A DNA stretch of 64,000 nucleotides from a virus (taxonomy: Duplodnaviria > Heunggongvirae > Uroviricota > Caudoviricetes), in the IMG/VR virus record IMGVR_UViG_3300021255_003438, positions 13,508 through 77,507 of that record. One strand, given 5' to 3'. A program made the translations under genes and the position numbers. The notes under the pieces are model-generated. The model was not told the origin of the DNA, did no database searches, and saw only the letters and a program-made list of their open reading frames with translations. Position 1 is the stretch's first letter. Each line of letters starts with the position of its first letter. Shown here in pieces: positions 43,699 to 52,899 of the stretch.

Positions 43699-44274
43699 TT
43701 AACGTATATTAACAAAATCTATTGCCAATATGTCTTTATCCGTTCCCTTTTTAAGTGTTTTTTTGTTATTCAACTTAGCAAATAACCAAGGAAACCAATC
43801 ATCTATTATCTTAGGACTTTGAACTGACGAATATACAGCCTCCTCAGTTGGCTCATACTCATACTTATAGTCAAATTCCCAATTGTAAAGATTCCTACCA
43901 CAATAGAATTTTATATTAGGAAACCTAATTTCCATTGCTTGACAGAAATCCTTGAATCTTTCAACACTTTCTTTAGTATATTGTTTTTTGTTCCTTGCCT
44001 CATGCAATACTCTAACAATGCACCCATTATCATTCATGAACTCCAAATGCTTCATTAAAGTCATGTAGTTAATGCCAAATTGAAAGAATCCATGAGCAAT
44101 TACAATTCTGCCCTTCTTGTCGAATCTTATCCTCAAATCAAAACTTCTAACACCATAATCATAATATTGATGATATATTGAAGCTTTTTGGCATCTAGCC
44201 ATAAATCTAAATGGCCTTAACCACCATTTCTCTGGCCTTAAATATGACCACGAATTGTGAGATTGTAATATCAT
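43699..44274 (-). CDS. PI-PLC X-domain-like phosphodiesterase
   Basis: 'YDYGVRSFDLRIRFDKKGRIVIAHG' resembles the PLC-like phosphodiesterase motif (GiR.fDlRv...v.HG). The N-terminal part of the ORF-track ORF (to 44460) is a read-through of two tRNA genes. The start is set at the Met at 44274 and is uncertain. Confidence 0.4.
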   Translation of the reverse strand: MILQSHNSWSYLRPEKWWLRPFRFMARCQKASIYHQYYDYGVRSFDLRIRFDKKGRIVIAHGFFQFGINYMTLMKHLEFMNDNGCIVRVLHEARNKKQYTKESVERFKDFCQAMEIRFPNIKFYCGRNLYNWEFDYKYEYEPTEEAVYSSVQSPKIIDDWFPWLFAKLNNKKTLKKGTDKDILAIDFVNIR

Positions 44275-44281
44275 TTGCTTT

Positions 44282-44354
44282 CCATTTTTTGAGCCTTGTG
44301 TCGGAATCGAACCAACGACATTCACGTTACGAAGGTGACGCTCTACCGTCTGAG
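44282..44354 (-). tRNA. tRNA-Thr (anticodon CGT)
   Basis: Acceptor GCCTTGT/ACAAGGC is perfect. D-arm GCTC-AGACGGTA-GAGC. Anticodon loop TTCGTAA. T-arm GTTGG-TTCGATT-CCGAC. Confidence 0.7.
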
Positions 44355-44361
44355 CTAACAA

Positions 44362-44445
44362 GGCATTACCTTTAATGTCCTCCGTGTTGGAGTCGAACCA
44401 ACGTTGCGTTTCCGCACAGATTAAGAGTCTGTTGCATGACCTCTC
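44362..44445 (-). ncRNA. tRNA-like element with a Lys-type anticodon arm (ACAGA-CTCTTAA-TCTGT, CTT). Acceptor pairing not found.
   Basis: Perfect T-arm GTTGG-TTCGACT-CCAAC and anticodon hairpin. No complementary 5' acceptor strand. Confidence 0.3.
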
Positions 44446-44460
44446 TGCCAGGTGCATCAT

Positions 44461-45306
44461 TTATTGTATGTCCTTCTTTCTATATGGTAAACCGTAGTAT
44501 TTACACCATTTTCTTACAGCGTTGTCTGATACCCCATAAGTCCTTCCTATTGCACTGAAATTGCTCTCTTGCAGCAGCATACTAAGTTCTTCCTTACTTG
44601 GTCTCTCAACTTTTCTCTGAAGTTTCTTATTACATTCATCACATCTAGTACTATGCGAATCTATATGTTTACCACAATTAATGCACACGCCATAATATCT
44701 AACTCTTGGATGTGGCATTATACTGTTTGTTTTTAATTCACCATTGACCATCTTCTTATAACATTCATCGCAAAGTCCTGTCTGAGTCTTGTTTATTTCC
44801 TTTCCACAGCATTTACAATAATGTTTCTTATCTACACCATTGTGATGATTATTAGCGCCACAATAGTTATCTGTTTGTGAATGGCAATTGGGGCATAGTA
44901 TTTGTAAATTTTCTAGCCTATTGTCTGTATTATCCCCATTTATATGGTGTAGTTGTAAACTTATTTGTTCACCATTCCAATGAATTATACCGCATTTCTC
45001 GCATTTATATTCTTTTAGTCCACTAGAAAATAGTTTCCATTTAAGTCTATCAGCCTTAATATATGAGTTAGTAGTAAGGTAATCTTCTACTTTTTTCTCG
45101 TTGTGTTTAACACCACTATTGGACTTTCCTTTCATTGTGAAATGACTAGTATCAAGCTCTAACTCATTTATGTATTTTTTGACATATCTGTAGTTACCGC
45201 CTTGTGGCTTCCATCCAATCTTTCTACATACATCAGCGTATGTGTGGCTCTCTTCAACGAACCTTTTAAAATCCTCGTTACTAATTCTTTTCATATGCAA
45301 AATCAT
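44461..45306 (-). CDS. HNH homing endonuclease-like protein with a C-terminal HTH
   Basis: 281 aa. 'LQLHHINGDNTDNRLENLQILCPNCH' is the HNH motif. Several CxxC pairs. Confidence 0.6.
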   Translation of the reverse strand: MILHMKRISNEDFKRFVEESHTYADVCRKIGWKPQGGNYRYVKKYINELELDTSHFTMKGKSNSGVKHNEKKVEDYLTTNSYIKADRLKWKLFSSGLKEYKCEKCGIIHWNGEQISLQLHHINGDNTDNRLENLQILCPNCHSQTDNYCGANNHHNGVDKKHYCKCCGKEINKTQTGLCDECYKKMVNGELKTNSIMPHPRVRYYGVCINCGKHIDSHSTRCDECNKKLQRKVERPSKEELSMLLQESNFSAIGRTYGVSDNAVRKWCKYYGLPYRKKDIQ

Positions 45307-45370
45307 TTCCTATATAAATAAATAGTTAACGACTTGCAAAAATCAAGTCTTAGTTCGATTTTTTTTTTTG

Positions 45371-45442
45371 TGCCCCCAGAGAATTTTGCAATCTCGACCC
45401 CATGTTTAAGAGACACGTGCTCTACTTCTGAGCTATGGAAGC
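45371..45442 (-). tRNA. tRNA-Lys (anticodon CTT)
   Basis: Acceptor GCTTCCA/TGGGGGC (two G-U pairs). D-arm GCTC-AGAAGTA-GAGC. Anticodon stem CGTGT/ACATG with loop CTCTTAA. T-loop-like TTGCAAAAT. Confidence 0.5.
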
Positions 45443-45452
45443 ATATGAACTG

Positions 45453-45527
45453 TACGCCTGGTGGGATTCGAACCCACGTAGTCACAGATTAAAAGTCTGG
45501 TGCATAAAGCCACTCTGCCACAAGCGC
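45453..45527 (-). tRNA. tRNA-Lys-like (anticodon TTT)
   Basis: Acceptor GCGCTTG/CAGGCGT (two G-U pairs). Anticodon stem (C)CAGA/TCTG(T) with loop CTTTTAA. T-arm GTGGG-TTCGAAT-CCCAC. Confidence 0.45.
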
Positions 45528-45535
45528 AAATATTG

Positions 45536-45607
45536 TGCGCCCAGAGGATTCTGCCACCTCGACTCCTAGTTTAAAAGACTAGTGCTCTACTTCTGAGCTA
45601 TGAGCGC
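45536..45607 (-). tRNA. tRNA-Lys (anticodon TTT)
   Basis: Acceptor GCGCTCA/TGGGCGC. D-arm GCTC-AGAAGTA-GAGC. Anticodon stem CTAGT/ACTAG with loop CTTTTAA. Confidence 0.55.
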
Positions 45608-45609
45608 AA

Positions 45610-45680
45610 TTTCTACTATTTTACCTATAGTTAAAAGAGGCCGCAGCTCTACCGTTAAGCTATAGGAGCAATTATCTATA
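45610..45680 (-). ncRNA. tRNA 5'-fragment-like element (acceptor + D-arm, no T-arm)
   Basis: The sense strand reads GCTCCTA-TA-GCTT-AACGGTA-GAGC..., then closes on itself (CCTATAG...CTATAGG) without a T-arm. Confidence 0.3.
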
Positions 45681-45775
45681 TCTTATTCATAACGCTCCTA
45701 GTCCAACGGTGTTGGTACTCGACAGAGCATTACATCTGTTTACGTTTTATACACTTTATCTTTCTCATACGTTTT

Positions 45776-46084
45776 TTACTTCTTTTTCTTATACTTATTA
45801 AGTTCATTTAAGAACATTTCTTTAGTGTTTAAATTATCCAATTCATACTCTTTCTTTCTTTCGCTGTACATATTTAAATCAAATACACCTATAACAAAGT
45901 TAATTGCTGCCAATACGTAACGACCGTGTAAAAGACACCCAATTCCATTGCAAATGATACCTATGGCCATAAACAACAAACCAAGAACAACCTTTTTTTT
46001 GTCAACATTCATCGTAAGAGACATACCCCAAAGAATGAACACTAGACATAATATTGAAAAAATTGAACTAATAATTGAAATCAT
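45776..46084 (-). CDS. Small membrane protein
   Basis: 102 aa with three hydrophobic helices. Confidence 0.4.
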   Translation of the reverse strand: MISIISSIFSILCLVFILWGMSLTMNVDKKKVVLGLLFMAIGIICNGIGCLLHGRYVLAAINFVIGVFDLNMYSERKKEYELDNLNTKEMFLNELNKYKKKK

Positions 46085-46106
46085 AACACTTAGTTTTAAA
46101 ATTATG

Positions 46107-46192
46107 CGGAGGGGCAGGAATTCGAATCCTATACCCTAATGGGTACGTTCTGATTAGCAGTCAGACCCAGTTCCTTTCTGGTTGCGCCCTCC
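46107..46192 (-). tRNA. tRNA-Ser (anticodon GCT), type II
   Basis: Acceptor GGAGGGC/CCCCTCC. D-stem CCAG/CTGG. Anticodon stem TCTGA/TCAGA with loop CTGCTAA. Variable-arm hairpin TACCC-ATTA-GGGTA. T-loop TTCGAAT. Confidence 0.6.
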
Positions 46193-46339
46193 TTCATATC
46201 TTCTACTATTATACGCCACTATTTAAATACTTACATTCCACTATCTCGTACAACTGTAAAGAATACCTTGATAAATGATATATTCCATCGTTGCCTACGA
46301 TAACTTCTTCAAGTAATTAGCTTGATGTTTCCTTCAGTA

Positions 46340-46633
46340 TTATAATGTTCCATTAAATTCTATACTTTTAATATTAGCCCTTTCTAGTGTCACATAAAGA
46401 TTTTCCTTGTGCAAATGACTTGGCGAACTAATTACCCATCTATGTTGTTCAATTACTAAATCAACTGAATCATTATTGAATTTTGCCTTTATTATTTTAT
46501 CGTCAGCAAATGAATGGCATAACAAATTCCACCTATTATAGAATTCTCCATTAACTTCTACAGATTCAAACAAATCAATTCGATAAGTTTCATTAATTCT
46601 TCTCTTCCAGTCATTCCAAAATTTTTTAGTCAT
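46340..46633 (-). CDS. Hypothetical protein
   Basis: 97 aa ORF. Confidence 0.4.
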   Translation of the reverse strand: MTKKFWNDWKRRINETYRIDLFESVEVNGEFYNRWNLLCHSFADDKIIKAKFNNDSVDLVIEQHRWVISSPSHLHKENLYVTLERANIKSIEFNGTL

Positions 46634-46662
46634 TTTATATCAACCGCCACCAACTATATTTG

Positions 46663-47037
46663 TTACTCCCCTAATGTTGGAAGGGATGCTTTTCTTATCA
46701 TTGTCGGCATAAGTGGGTCATCAGTTCTTTCAAACCCAAATTTCTTATAGAAAGCAACCAAACCGCTTACAGTTCTATGATTAATACTTTCATCCACTCT
46801 TGGCATAGGTACTACGTTTAGACGTAATTCATAACCTTTAAAGTCTTCAATCATCTTGTTCAACATAGAGGTTGCTATACCATTTCCACAAGCTGATAGG
46901 TTAGTTATGACATATATAATTTTAGCAACTTTTCCATCGACATATACGCCCAACTTGCCTATTCTGTTGTCGTTATTGTCAAAAGCATTAACATAATAAT
47001 AGTCTTTGCCTCTTTTAACTTGTAGTTTATACTCCAT
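46663..47037 (-). CDS. GNAT-family acetyltransferase-like protein
   Basis: 124 aa. C-terminal 'LVAFYKKFGFER' resembles the GNAT motif. Confidence 0.4.
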   Translation of the reverse strand: MEYKLQVKRGKDYYYVNAFDNNDNRIGKLGVYVDGKVAKIIYVITNLSACGNGIATSMLNKMIEDFKGYELRLNVVPMPRVDESINHRTVSGLVAFYKKFGFERTDDPLMPTMIRKASLPTLGE

Positions 47038-47043
47038 AACTGT

Positions 47044-47844
47044 TTAAATATTTTGCAAATTGTTTAATATATGTTCTTTCCAATAATTTCTTCTAGTGCT
47101 GTTTTTATTTTTTGACTTAAATGTGTCTAACTGACTATCACAATTAGGACATATCATCCGCAAATTTTCTCTTTTGTTGTTAGAAGCATCACCATCAATA
47201 TGGTCTAGTACAAATACTAACGGTTTACCATTATGTTCTGGTTTACCTCCACATATTGGGCATATACCACCTTGTTCCTTTAAGAATTCTTTTTTAAAAG
47301 CTTTTGGTGTATAATTTCCTCTACAGTATTTATTGTTATTTTCTAGAAAATCTTTATAAGATTCTCTATGCCTATGTTCTGCAACACATTTTTCAGAACA
47401 ATATTTAGCATCTTTTACTGTAGTTTCAAAATATTTTCCACAAACAACACATTTTTTTGTATATTTAATTAATTTCTTTTCTTTTTTAATGTGTTCTTTT
47501 TTCGTTTTCTTTAACTTACTAGCAATACCATCATAAACAGATTTATCCCTATGTTCATTGTTATACTTCGCAGCACAAGAACGGCAACAAAATTCCTTAC
47601 CCCATTTATTAGTAATTTCTTTTCCGCATTGCTTACAATATTTAATTATTTTTTTCTTTTTATAAGTATCTAAATCAAATCCAACTGACGTTGCAATTTC
47701 TTTCAAATATTCAGAACCTTGTTTATTATCGCTTATTCCGAAATATTCATGTGCTTGATTTTTGCTAGTAAAACTATCAAATTTATCAAAGACCTCTTTC
47801 TTTTTTTCTTCTGTACTAATGTCAATAATCTTTCTTTTCCTCAT
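47044..47844 (-). CDS. HNH homing endonuclease-like protein
   Basis: 266 aa. 'VLDHIDGDASNNKRENLRMICPNCDSQ' is the HNH motif. Many CxxC pairs. Confidence 0.6.
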   Translation of the reverse strand: MRKRKIIDISTEEKKKEVFDKFDSFTSKNQAHEYFGISDNKQGSEYLKEIATSVGFDLDTYKKKKIIKYCKQCGKEITNKWGKEFCCRSCAAKYNNEHRDKSVYDGIASKLKKTKKEHIKKEKKLIKYTKKCVVCGKYFETTVKDAKYCSEKCVAEHRHRESYKDFLENNNKYCRGNYTPKAFKKEFLKEQGGICPICGGKPEHNGKPLVFVLDHIDGDASNNKRENLRMICPNCDSQLDTFKSKNKNSTRRNYWKEHILNNLQNI

Positions 47845-47933
47845 AATTAAATGTATTATATATAATATATAATACTTTTTGCGGAAAAATCAAGGTTTTG
47901 ACCAAACTTTTTTTTGTTTTTTTTTTTGAAATG

Positions 47934-48028
47934 CGGTGGGAGTAGGATTCGAACCCACGCTCCGATATATCTCAACCGAACTAAGAGATTTCAAGTCTCC
48001 CCCCTTATAACCACTTGGGTATCCCACC
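47934..48028 (-). tRNA. tRNA-Ser (anticodon TGA), type II
   Basis: Acceptor GGTGGGA/TCCCACC. D-stem CCC/GGG with a long loop. Anticodon stem GGAGA/TCTCT with loop CTTGAAA. Long variable region. T-arm GTGGG-TTCGAAT-CCTAC. Confidence 0.55.
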
Positions 48029-48299
48029 AAAATAAAGGAATATACTAGCGAATCGTGTGTTGTATTTCACTCCACGTCTTTGACCACTACCATTTCATCA
48101 ATCCATTTCGTCTACCATACTTTCACATGTTTGGAATAATTAGATAATCAGTAATAACGACTATAGTCTCCTGAAGTTTGTCCATCTAATCCATGTTATT
48201 CATACAGCCTATTCTTTCATTTGTAATTTAATACAGATGATACTCTATGCATCACGAACTTACTGTTCTTCCGACCTTTATTCCTTTGTGGAGCTGAAG

Positions 48300-48372
48300 A
48301 GAATCGAACTCTCCCACGAACCTTGCAAAAGTCCATCGCCAGCCTTGGAACATGCAACCCCAAGCAATGCAC
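48300..48372 (-). ncRNA. tRNA-like element (acceptor with G3:U70, canonical T-arm, no clean anticodon stem)
   Basis: Acceptor GGGGTTG/CAGCTCC. T-arm GAGAG-TTCGATT-CTCTT. A palindromic TTTTGCAA sits where the anticodon arm should be. Confidence 0.3.
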
Positions 48373-48500
48373 AGCAGCAGTATCGTTGGCTTAGTGCGTC
48401 CTTACGGCTAGGTAAAAACCAATCCATCATGGGGGGAACAACCCTAGCCACTCATATGTACATCTTTGAGTGTTGTTTTAGACCCACGTCTGGGTGCGTT

Positions 48501-49571
48501 CTATTTCTTGTCAAATATCACCCCATCTGGTAAATCATTGTCTACCACTTTCTTCTCCTTGTAGTAGTCCAAATAGGCATTTCCATCGTCATTGATGATG
48601 TATTCGATGCCTCTTGAATATTCATAGGTAGATGCAACACCTTGCAGCATAAAGAAGAAAAATCCATCCTTATCTACTAGTCGCAACCAATGGGAATCAT
48701 TTGTATTTTCCTCTTGTATGATTTTGTACTTGTCCGTTGCCTTTACCTTTTCTATGTATTTGTTGAAAGTTGGGGCAAACTTACCAGTTGCACAATCACC
48801 TCTGAAACGAACAGATTCAAACCCTATTTTCTTAGCCCATTCGACAAAATTCTCAACGAATGTAGGAAAGTTCTCAATTTCCTTATACACAACACTCACT
48901 GCTGATGTTGTTATGTTTCTGTCAAGAAGCTGTACTATCAAGCTAGTAAGCTCTTCGTCTGTCGGAATTCTCCAAGTGTTAAATATCTCTCTTCGTGCAT
49001 CTAAATTATAATGATGGATTGAAATATTTACATAGTTAACCACGCCAATTAATGAATCTAAAACTTCATTCAGCTTATATCCATTTGTGGTAAGGGTCAC
49101 TCTGTTAATTTTATCCAACCATTTAGAGTTTTTTAGCCTCCTTAACACTTTCCTTAACAAGTCTGGATTGAACGTTGGTTCATTTCCAGTTATGTCAAGA
49201 CTAATTGGCTGTTTGCCGTATACTCTATCAACCACATCGCCAAGAGAATCAATAAATCTGCTCAAGAATAAGTCATAGTCATGCTCCATGTTCTTATATC
49301 CGTTCATAAAACAAAACTCACACTTTGCTTGGCAGAAAGATGGGATTATCAACTTAATTGAAACCACATTCTCATAGTCAACTCTTACGTTGTAATTGTC
49401 AAGTACCCATAAATGCCATTTTGCAGCATTCACAACATTTTCATTCTCATGCTTTAGAAGAGATTCAACATAACCTCTGTCCAAGGTAAAATCCTTTTTC
49501 AGCTTATGGTATATGTCTGTCCATTTCTCCCTTTTGTGTTCTAAAATTGTCTTTTTGACATCTTTCCACAT
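48501..49571 (-). CDS. Radical SAM domain protein
   Basis: 356 aa. N-terminal 'CQAKCEFCF' is the CxxxCxxC motif. Confidence 0.6.
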   Translation of the reverse strand: MWKDVKKTILEHKREKWTDIYHKLKKDFTLDRGYVESLLKHENENVVNAAKWHLWVLDNYNVRVDYENVVSIKLIIPSFCQAKCEFCFMNGYKNMEHDYDLFLSRFIDSLGDVVDRVYGKQPISLDITGNEPTFNPDLLRKVLRRLKNSKWLDKINRVTLTTNGYKLNEVLDSLIGVVNYVNISIHHYNLDARREIFNTWRIPTDEELTSLIVQLLDRNITTSAVSVVYKEIENFPTFVENFVEWAKKIGFESVRFRGDCATGKFAPTFNKYIEKVKATDKYKIIQEENTNDSHWLRLVDKDGFFFFMLQGVASTYEYSRGIEYIINDDGNAYLDYYKEKKVVDNDLPDGVIFDKK

Positions 49572-49599
49572 ACTACTGAGTTATTAATTGATGAAACAT

Positions 49600-49670
49600 T
49601 GCGGAGGTAGAGGGAATCGAACCCACACCTAATGGTTAACAGCCACTTGCTCGACCTTCGAGCTACACCT
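49600..49670 (-). tRNA. tRNA-Asn (anticodon GTT)
   Basis: Acceptor GGAGGTG/TACCTCC. D-arm GCTC-GAAGGTC-GAGC. Anticodon stem AGTGG/CCATT with loop CTGTTAA. Confidence 0.6.
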
Positions 49671-49677
49671 CCAATTT

Positions 49678-49748
49678 TGTGGATGCAATAGGATTCGAAC
49701 CTATGTTTTTTTACCATTGTATATGGTCACTCCCCAGAGGAGTCCTTA
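49678..49748 (-). ncRNA. tRNA-like element (good acceptor/T-arm, aberrant D/anticodon region)
   Basis: Acceptor GGATGCG/TGCATCC. T-arm ATAGG-TTCGAAT-CCTAT. ACCA-TATACAA-TGGT hairpin. Confidence 0.35.
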
Positions 49749-49761
49749 CACGCATCCATAT

Positions 49762-49953
49762 TTAGTCATTACAAAAATGTACCCAATAGGTATCATCTTT
49801 AATATCCTTTAAAACTTTTTTCCTATCCCAATTATGTAGTATACATAATTTCCATAACATTTTTTTAGATAAAGGATTTATACACCCAAAAGGTGTAGTT
49901 CCAATAAGAGAATTTAACACCTCAATATGCTTTGTGTTACGTATTTTATGCAT
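49762..49953 (-). CDS. Small hypothetical protein. Start adjusted because the annotated 5' end overlaps tRNA-Asp.
   Basis: The ORF track gives 49762..50022. Its first 23 codons translate tRNA-Asp. The Met at 49953 (MHKIRNTK) fits. Confidence 0.25.
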   Translation of the reverse strand: MHKIRNTKHIEVLNSLIGTTPFGCINPLSKKMLWKLCILHNWDRKKVLKDIKDDTYWVHFCND

Positions 49954-49975
49954 AGTTATTATAATTTCAATTTTG

Positions 49976-50047
49976 CAGTGACGATGGGATTCGAACCCAC
50001 GACTTTTGGTTAGACAGACCAACGCTCTACCACTGAACTACGCCACT
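49976..50047 (-). tRNA. tRNA-Asp (anticodon GTC)
   Basis: Acceptor AGTGGCG/CGTCACT. D-arm GTTC-AGTGGTA-GAGC. Anticodon stem TTGGT/ACCAA with loop CTGTCTA. T-loop TTCGAAT. Confidence 0.65.
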
Positions 50048-50065
50048 ATTTGAACTAATTTTTTG

Positions 50066-50138
50066 AGCCGTGTGAGGGATTCGAACCCACGACATTCACA
50101 TTACAAGGGTGACGCTCTACCAACTGAGCTAACACGGC
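50066..50138 (-). tRNA. tRNA-Thr (anticodon TGT)
   Basis: Acceptor GCCGTGT/ACACGGC is perfect. D-arm GCTC-AGTTGGTA-GAGC. Anticodon loop CTTGTAA. T-loop TTCGAAT. Confidence 0.7.
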
Positions 50139-50220
50139 ATTGTTAAACTAGGTCTGCACTCCCCTCGCATGCTACGTGTCGGAGTTACTTGCATTGCTGC
50201 ATTTGTTGTTACCTAGTTTG

Positions 50221-50293
50221 TGGGGCTGGGTGGAGTTGAACCACCGACACGAGGATTTTCAGTCCTCTGCTCTACCACCTGAGCTACAGCCCC
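50221..50293 (-). tRNA. tRNA-Phe (anticodon GAA)
   Basis: Acceptor GGGGCTG/CAGCCCC. D-arm GCTC-AGGTGGTA-GAGC. Anticodon stem GAGGA/TCCTC with loop CTGAAAA. T-arm GGTGG-TTCAACT-CCACC. Confidence 0.75.
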
Positions 50294-50298
50294 AATAT

Positions 50299-50589
50299 TC
50301 ATTTGTCAATTTTATCAAGAATCTCTTGAGCCAAATTTATCATCTTTCCTAATGTCTGTAGATGCTCATGTAAAAGCAAACAGCTTGGTGCTTCGGCTGC
50401 ATTCTCTTTAGTTAAATGAGAGTTTTCTTTCCACCACTTTTTAAACACCCTCGGATGTACGTCACAATGATGCTCTATTACCTTTGTTATTGGCACTAGC
50501 ACCATGCCGTTACATTCCTCTTTGTACCCATCTACCACCTCTTTTTGTGGACAGTAGTTTTGGCAATCTAAGCAACTATACTTTCCCAT
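50299..50589 (-). CDS. Cys-rich small protein
   Basis: 96 aa. 'CLDCQNYC...HHCDVH'. Promoter at 50598-50629. Confidence 0.4.
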   Translation of the reverse strand: MGKYSCLDCQNYCPQKEVVDGYKEECNGMVLVPITKVIEHHCDVHPRVFKKWWKENSHLTKENAAEAPSCLLLHEHLQTLGKMINLAQEILDKIDK

Positions 50590-50597
50590 TTTTTTTG

Positions 50598-50629
50598 CAA
50601 ATATATGATTTTTTTTTCAAATAGCCAAA
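50598..50629 (-). promoter_or_regulatory. Bacteroidetes-type promoter
   Basis: caaatata at 50598-50605 and ccaaa at 50625-50629, spacer 19 nt. Confidence 0.55.
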
Positions 50630-50960
50630 TTTTTTCTCCACTTTAACATACCTTAACTATAGGCACATAAAAAAGCTGCTGAATACTTTTTTGAGAGTTC
50701 TTCAACAGCTTGGGAAATATATAGTGAAGTAAGTGCCTACATTAAACCTTTCATACCTCTATATCACCGTCTAGCTGTCCTAGAACTGCGTCTGAATTAA
50801 ACACAACTGTATCATTCCATTTACTATTCGCAAATGAATCAGATGTCTTAATGATATTTTTAATAGTTGTGTTCATGATATAAAAGTTTAATTGATTTTT
50901 CTATAATTATATATTAACTCTCAAAAAGTTCTATTTTTCGTGAATTTTTTTTTAATTTTT

Positions 50961-51392
50961 TTATTTAAGTATATTTCCCACTTCTTTACACTTAGCTTTC
51001 AATGCCTCAAGGTGTTGCATGGCACTTTCATTGTCTTTAAAATATTGTGTATTGTTAAGCCTACATTCAACACAGTTAACCCTAACCTTGGCTTTATCGT
51101 ACACATCATTACCTTTCAAAAAGGTATTCCCCCAAGGGAAGTTAATATCATACGCTTTCTGTAAATCACTAAACCTATAGAATGGGTTATTCGATGTCCT
51201 ATAAAGGTCTTTTTTAGCTACCAATGGAATCAGTGGAATAAAGCCCCAAAGTCTCCAAAAATATAGCTTGCCTTTACGCACTTTAGGATTAAGAGTTATG
51301 CGTTTCTCAACTGGAGTAAAGCTAATATTTGTTATATTCTTATAATAAGCTTCTCCTTCCAATTTAATTGGTGTATAATTTTTACCTTCCAT
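50961..51392 (-). CDS. Hypothetical protein
   Basis: 143 aa. Promoter at 51430-51461. Confidence 0.45.
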   Translation of the reverse strand: MEGKNYTPIKLEGEAYYKNITNISFTPVEKRITLNPKVRKGKLYFWRLWGFIPLIPLVAKKDLYRTSNNPFYRFSDLQKAYDINFPWGNTFLKGNDVYDKAKVRVNCVECRLNNTQYFKDNESAMQHLEALKAKCKEVGNILK

Positions 51393-51429
51393 TTATATGG
51401 TTATTTAAAGTTTCACAATGCAAAGATAT

Positions 51430-51461
51430 ATATTTTTTTTATAAATTCCAAATTTTTAGAA
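51430..51461 (-). promoter_or_regulatory. Bacteroidetes-type promoter
   Basis: caaagata at 51430-51437 and ccaaa at 51457-51461, spacer 19 nt. Confidence 0.55.
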
Positions 51462-51523
51462 AACTTTTTTCAAAAAAAATTGCCTTTTTTTTATGTATAA
51501 AGTTCCATATTTTAAGTCTCTTT

Positions 51524-51871
51524 TTAATGATATTTATAAGTAATCGTATGAACGTTTAACCCATATCGTTCATAATCTTCAACAATAACATTACTGATTG
51601 GGCAATTTTCTTTTCGTTCTGCCATTCTATATCCACACACAGCATTATCGTATACTTCATTTGCTCTCTTTTTATTCTCTACGATATAGATGTTTCTTCT
51701 TTCATTTGAATTGGGTTTGAAACAAGTCATAAGGTGACAGCCACAAATAGTGTTAATAGAAAAACCGCCATCACGATGATAACCACATCCAAATTCAAGC
51801 CAAATGGGAATGTGCTTTTTTTTAGAAACTCCACTTTCATTCAGATAACTGTAATTAATTTCTTTGTCCAT
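51524..51871 (-). CDS. Hypothetical Cys-containing protein
   Basis: 115 aa ORF. Confidence 0.4.
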   Translation of the reverse strand: MDKEINYSYLNESGVSKKKHIPIWLEFGCGYHRDGGFSINTICGCHLMTCFKPNSNERRNIYIVENKKRANEVYDNAVCGYRMAERKENCPISNVIVEDYERYGLNVHTITYKYH

Positions 51872-51924
51872 TATACATTATTCTATTTTAAAAGTTAAAC
51901 ATGAAACCATTGAAAAGAAAATTT

Positions 51925-51960
51925 TGTATAGGGGGTGGGAGTCGAACCCACAACTACCTT
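51925..51960 (-). ncRNA. Orphan tRNA 3' half (T-arm + acceptor 3' strand) directly downstream of tRNA-Arg
   Basis: GTGGG-TTCGACT-CCCAC then CCCCTAT. No 5' partner strand within 100 nt. Confidence 0.35.
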
Positions 51961-51965
51961 ATTCG

Positions 51966-52040
51966 TTGCTCGTCTGGGACTCAAACCCAGGACCCTATCT
52001 TTCGTAGAGATATGCTCTAATTCAACTGAGCTAACGAGCA
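51966..52040 (-). tRNA. tRNA-Arg (anticodon ACG)
   Basis: Acceptor TGCTCGT/ACGAGCA. D-arm GCTC-AGTTGAATTA-GAGC. Anticodon stem TATCT/AGATA with loop CTACGAA. T-arm CTGGG-TTTGAGT-CCCAG. Confidence 0.65.
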
Positions 52041-52459
52041 ATAAAAAGGAAACGTAGGTTTTCGAGCTTGCTTATTCTGCTATTACTATGAGGGTGGTAT
52101 TTCAAGATTGACTCCACACATCCTAGCGAATATGCTTCAACGTCTCCCACCTATCCTACACTCATATGCCATTGCTACTGTTATTCACAAGAGTAACACG
52201 TTATGCAGCCCTAGCCTTATCTTTTGGAATTGTAACGAGTTAAGATTTCATATGCTGTACGTTTCCGATATATTGTGTCAATTGCGACAAAAGAAAAAAG
52301 GAACGACCAATTTTATGTCTTGGCTCGACATTCGCCCCGAAGAGCATAGGTAAGTGCCTCGCAATGATGATTTAACGCTTCTCTTACCTTCGTCTAGTCT
52401 GAATTAAAAATGTGTTCTTATAAATTTATTTTAATCAAACTGCTGTACGTTCCTACTTG

Positions 52460-52533
52460 TACATCCGCTGGGACTCGAACCCAGAACCTACGGCTTAGAA
52501 GGCCGTTGCTCTAATCCATTGAGCTACGGATGC
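52460..52533 (-). tRNA. tRNA-Arg (anticodon TCT)
   Basis: Acceptor GCATCCG/CGGATGT. D-arm GCTC-AATGGATTA-GAGC. Anticodon stem ACGGC/GCCGT with loop CTTCTAA. T-arm CTGGG-TTCGAGT-CCCAG. Confidence 0.7.
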
Positions 52534-52867
52534 ATTTACATTAACTCAACGTTGGGTCATTTTTTGGGTCGTAGTCATCGTGCAAGAAAGGCTCTGTTGA
52601 TGGAACTTCTACTGCATTGCGAAATTCATACACCATTATGCCTATAAATGCTACTAAAAACGCCAATACGATTATTCCAATTATTCTCATTTTATTTATT
52701 TCTTTTTTTAGAATATTTTTCCAACTCTTCTTTAAAGGATTTCATTTTTTCCTTTTTACTTGGACGTTTCTTAGGGAAACTACAAACTAGCATAATAAGC
52801 ATGTATCCCCATATAAACGAAAGTAAAATAAATAGTAACCTTCCCATAGCATTTTCTATTTACGTTG

Positions 52868-52899
52868 CAAATATATGAAAAAAAATTGAAATAGCCAAA
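52868..52899 (-). promoter_or_regulatory. Bacteroidetes-type promoter (drives two small TM-peptide ORFs at about 52536-52851, then tRNA-Arg)
   Basis: caaatata at 52868-52875 and ccaaa at 52895-52899, spacer 19 nt. Confidence 0.5.
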
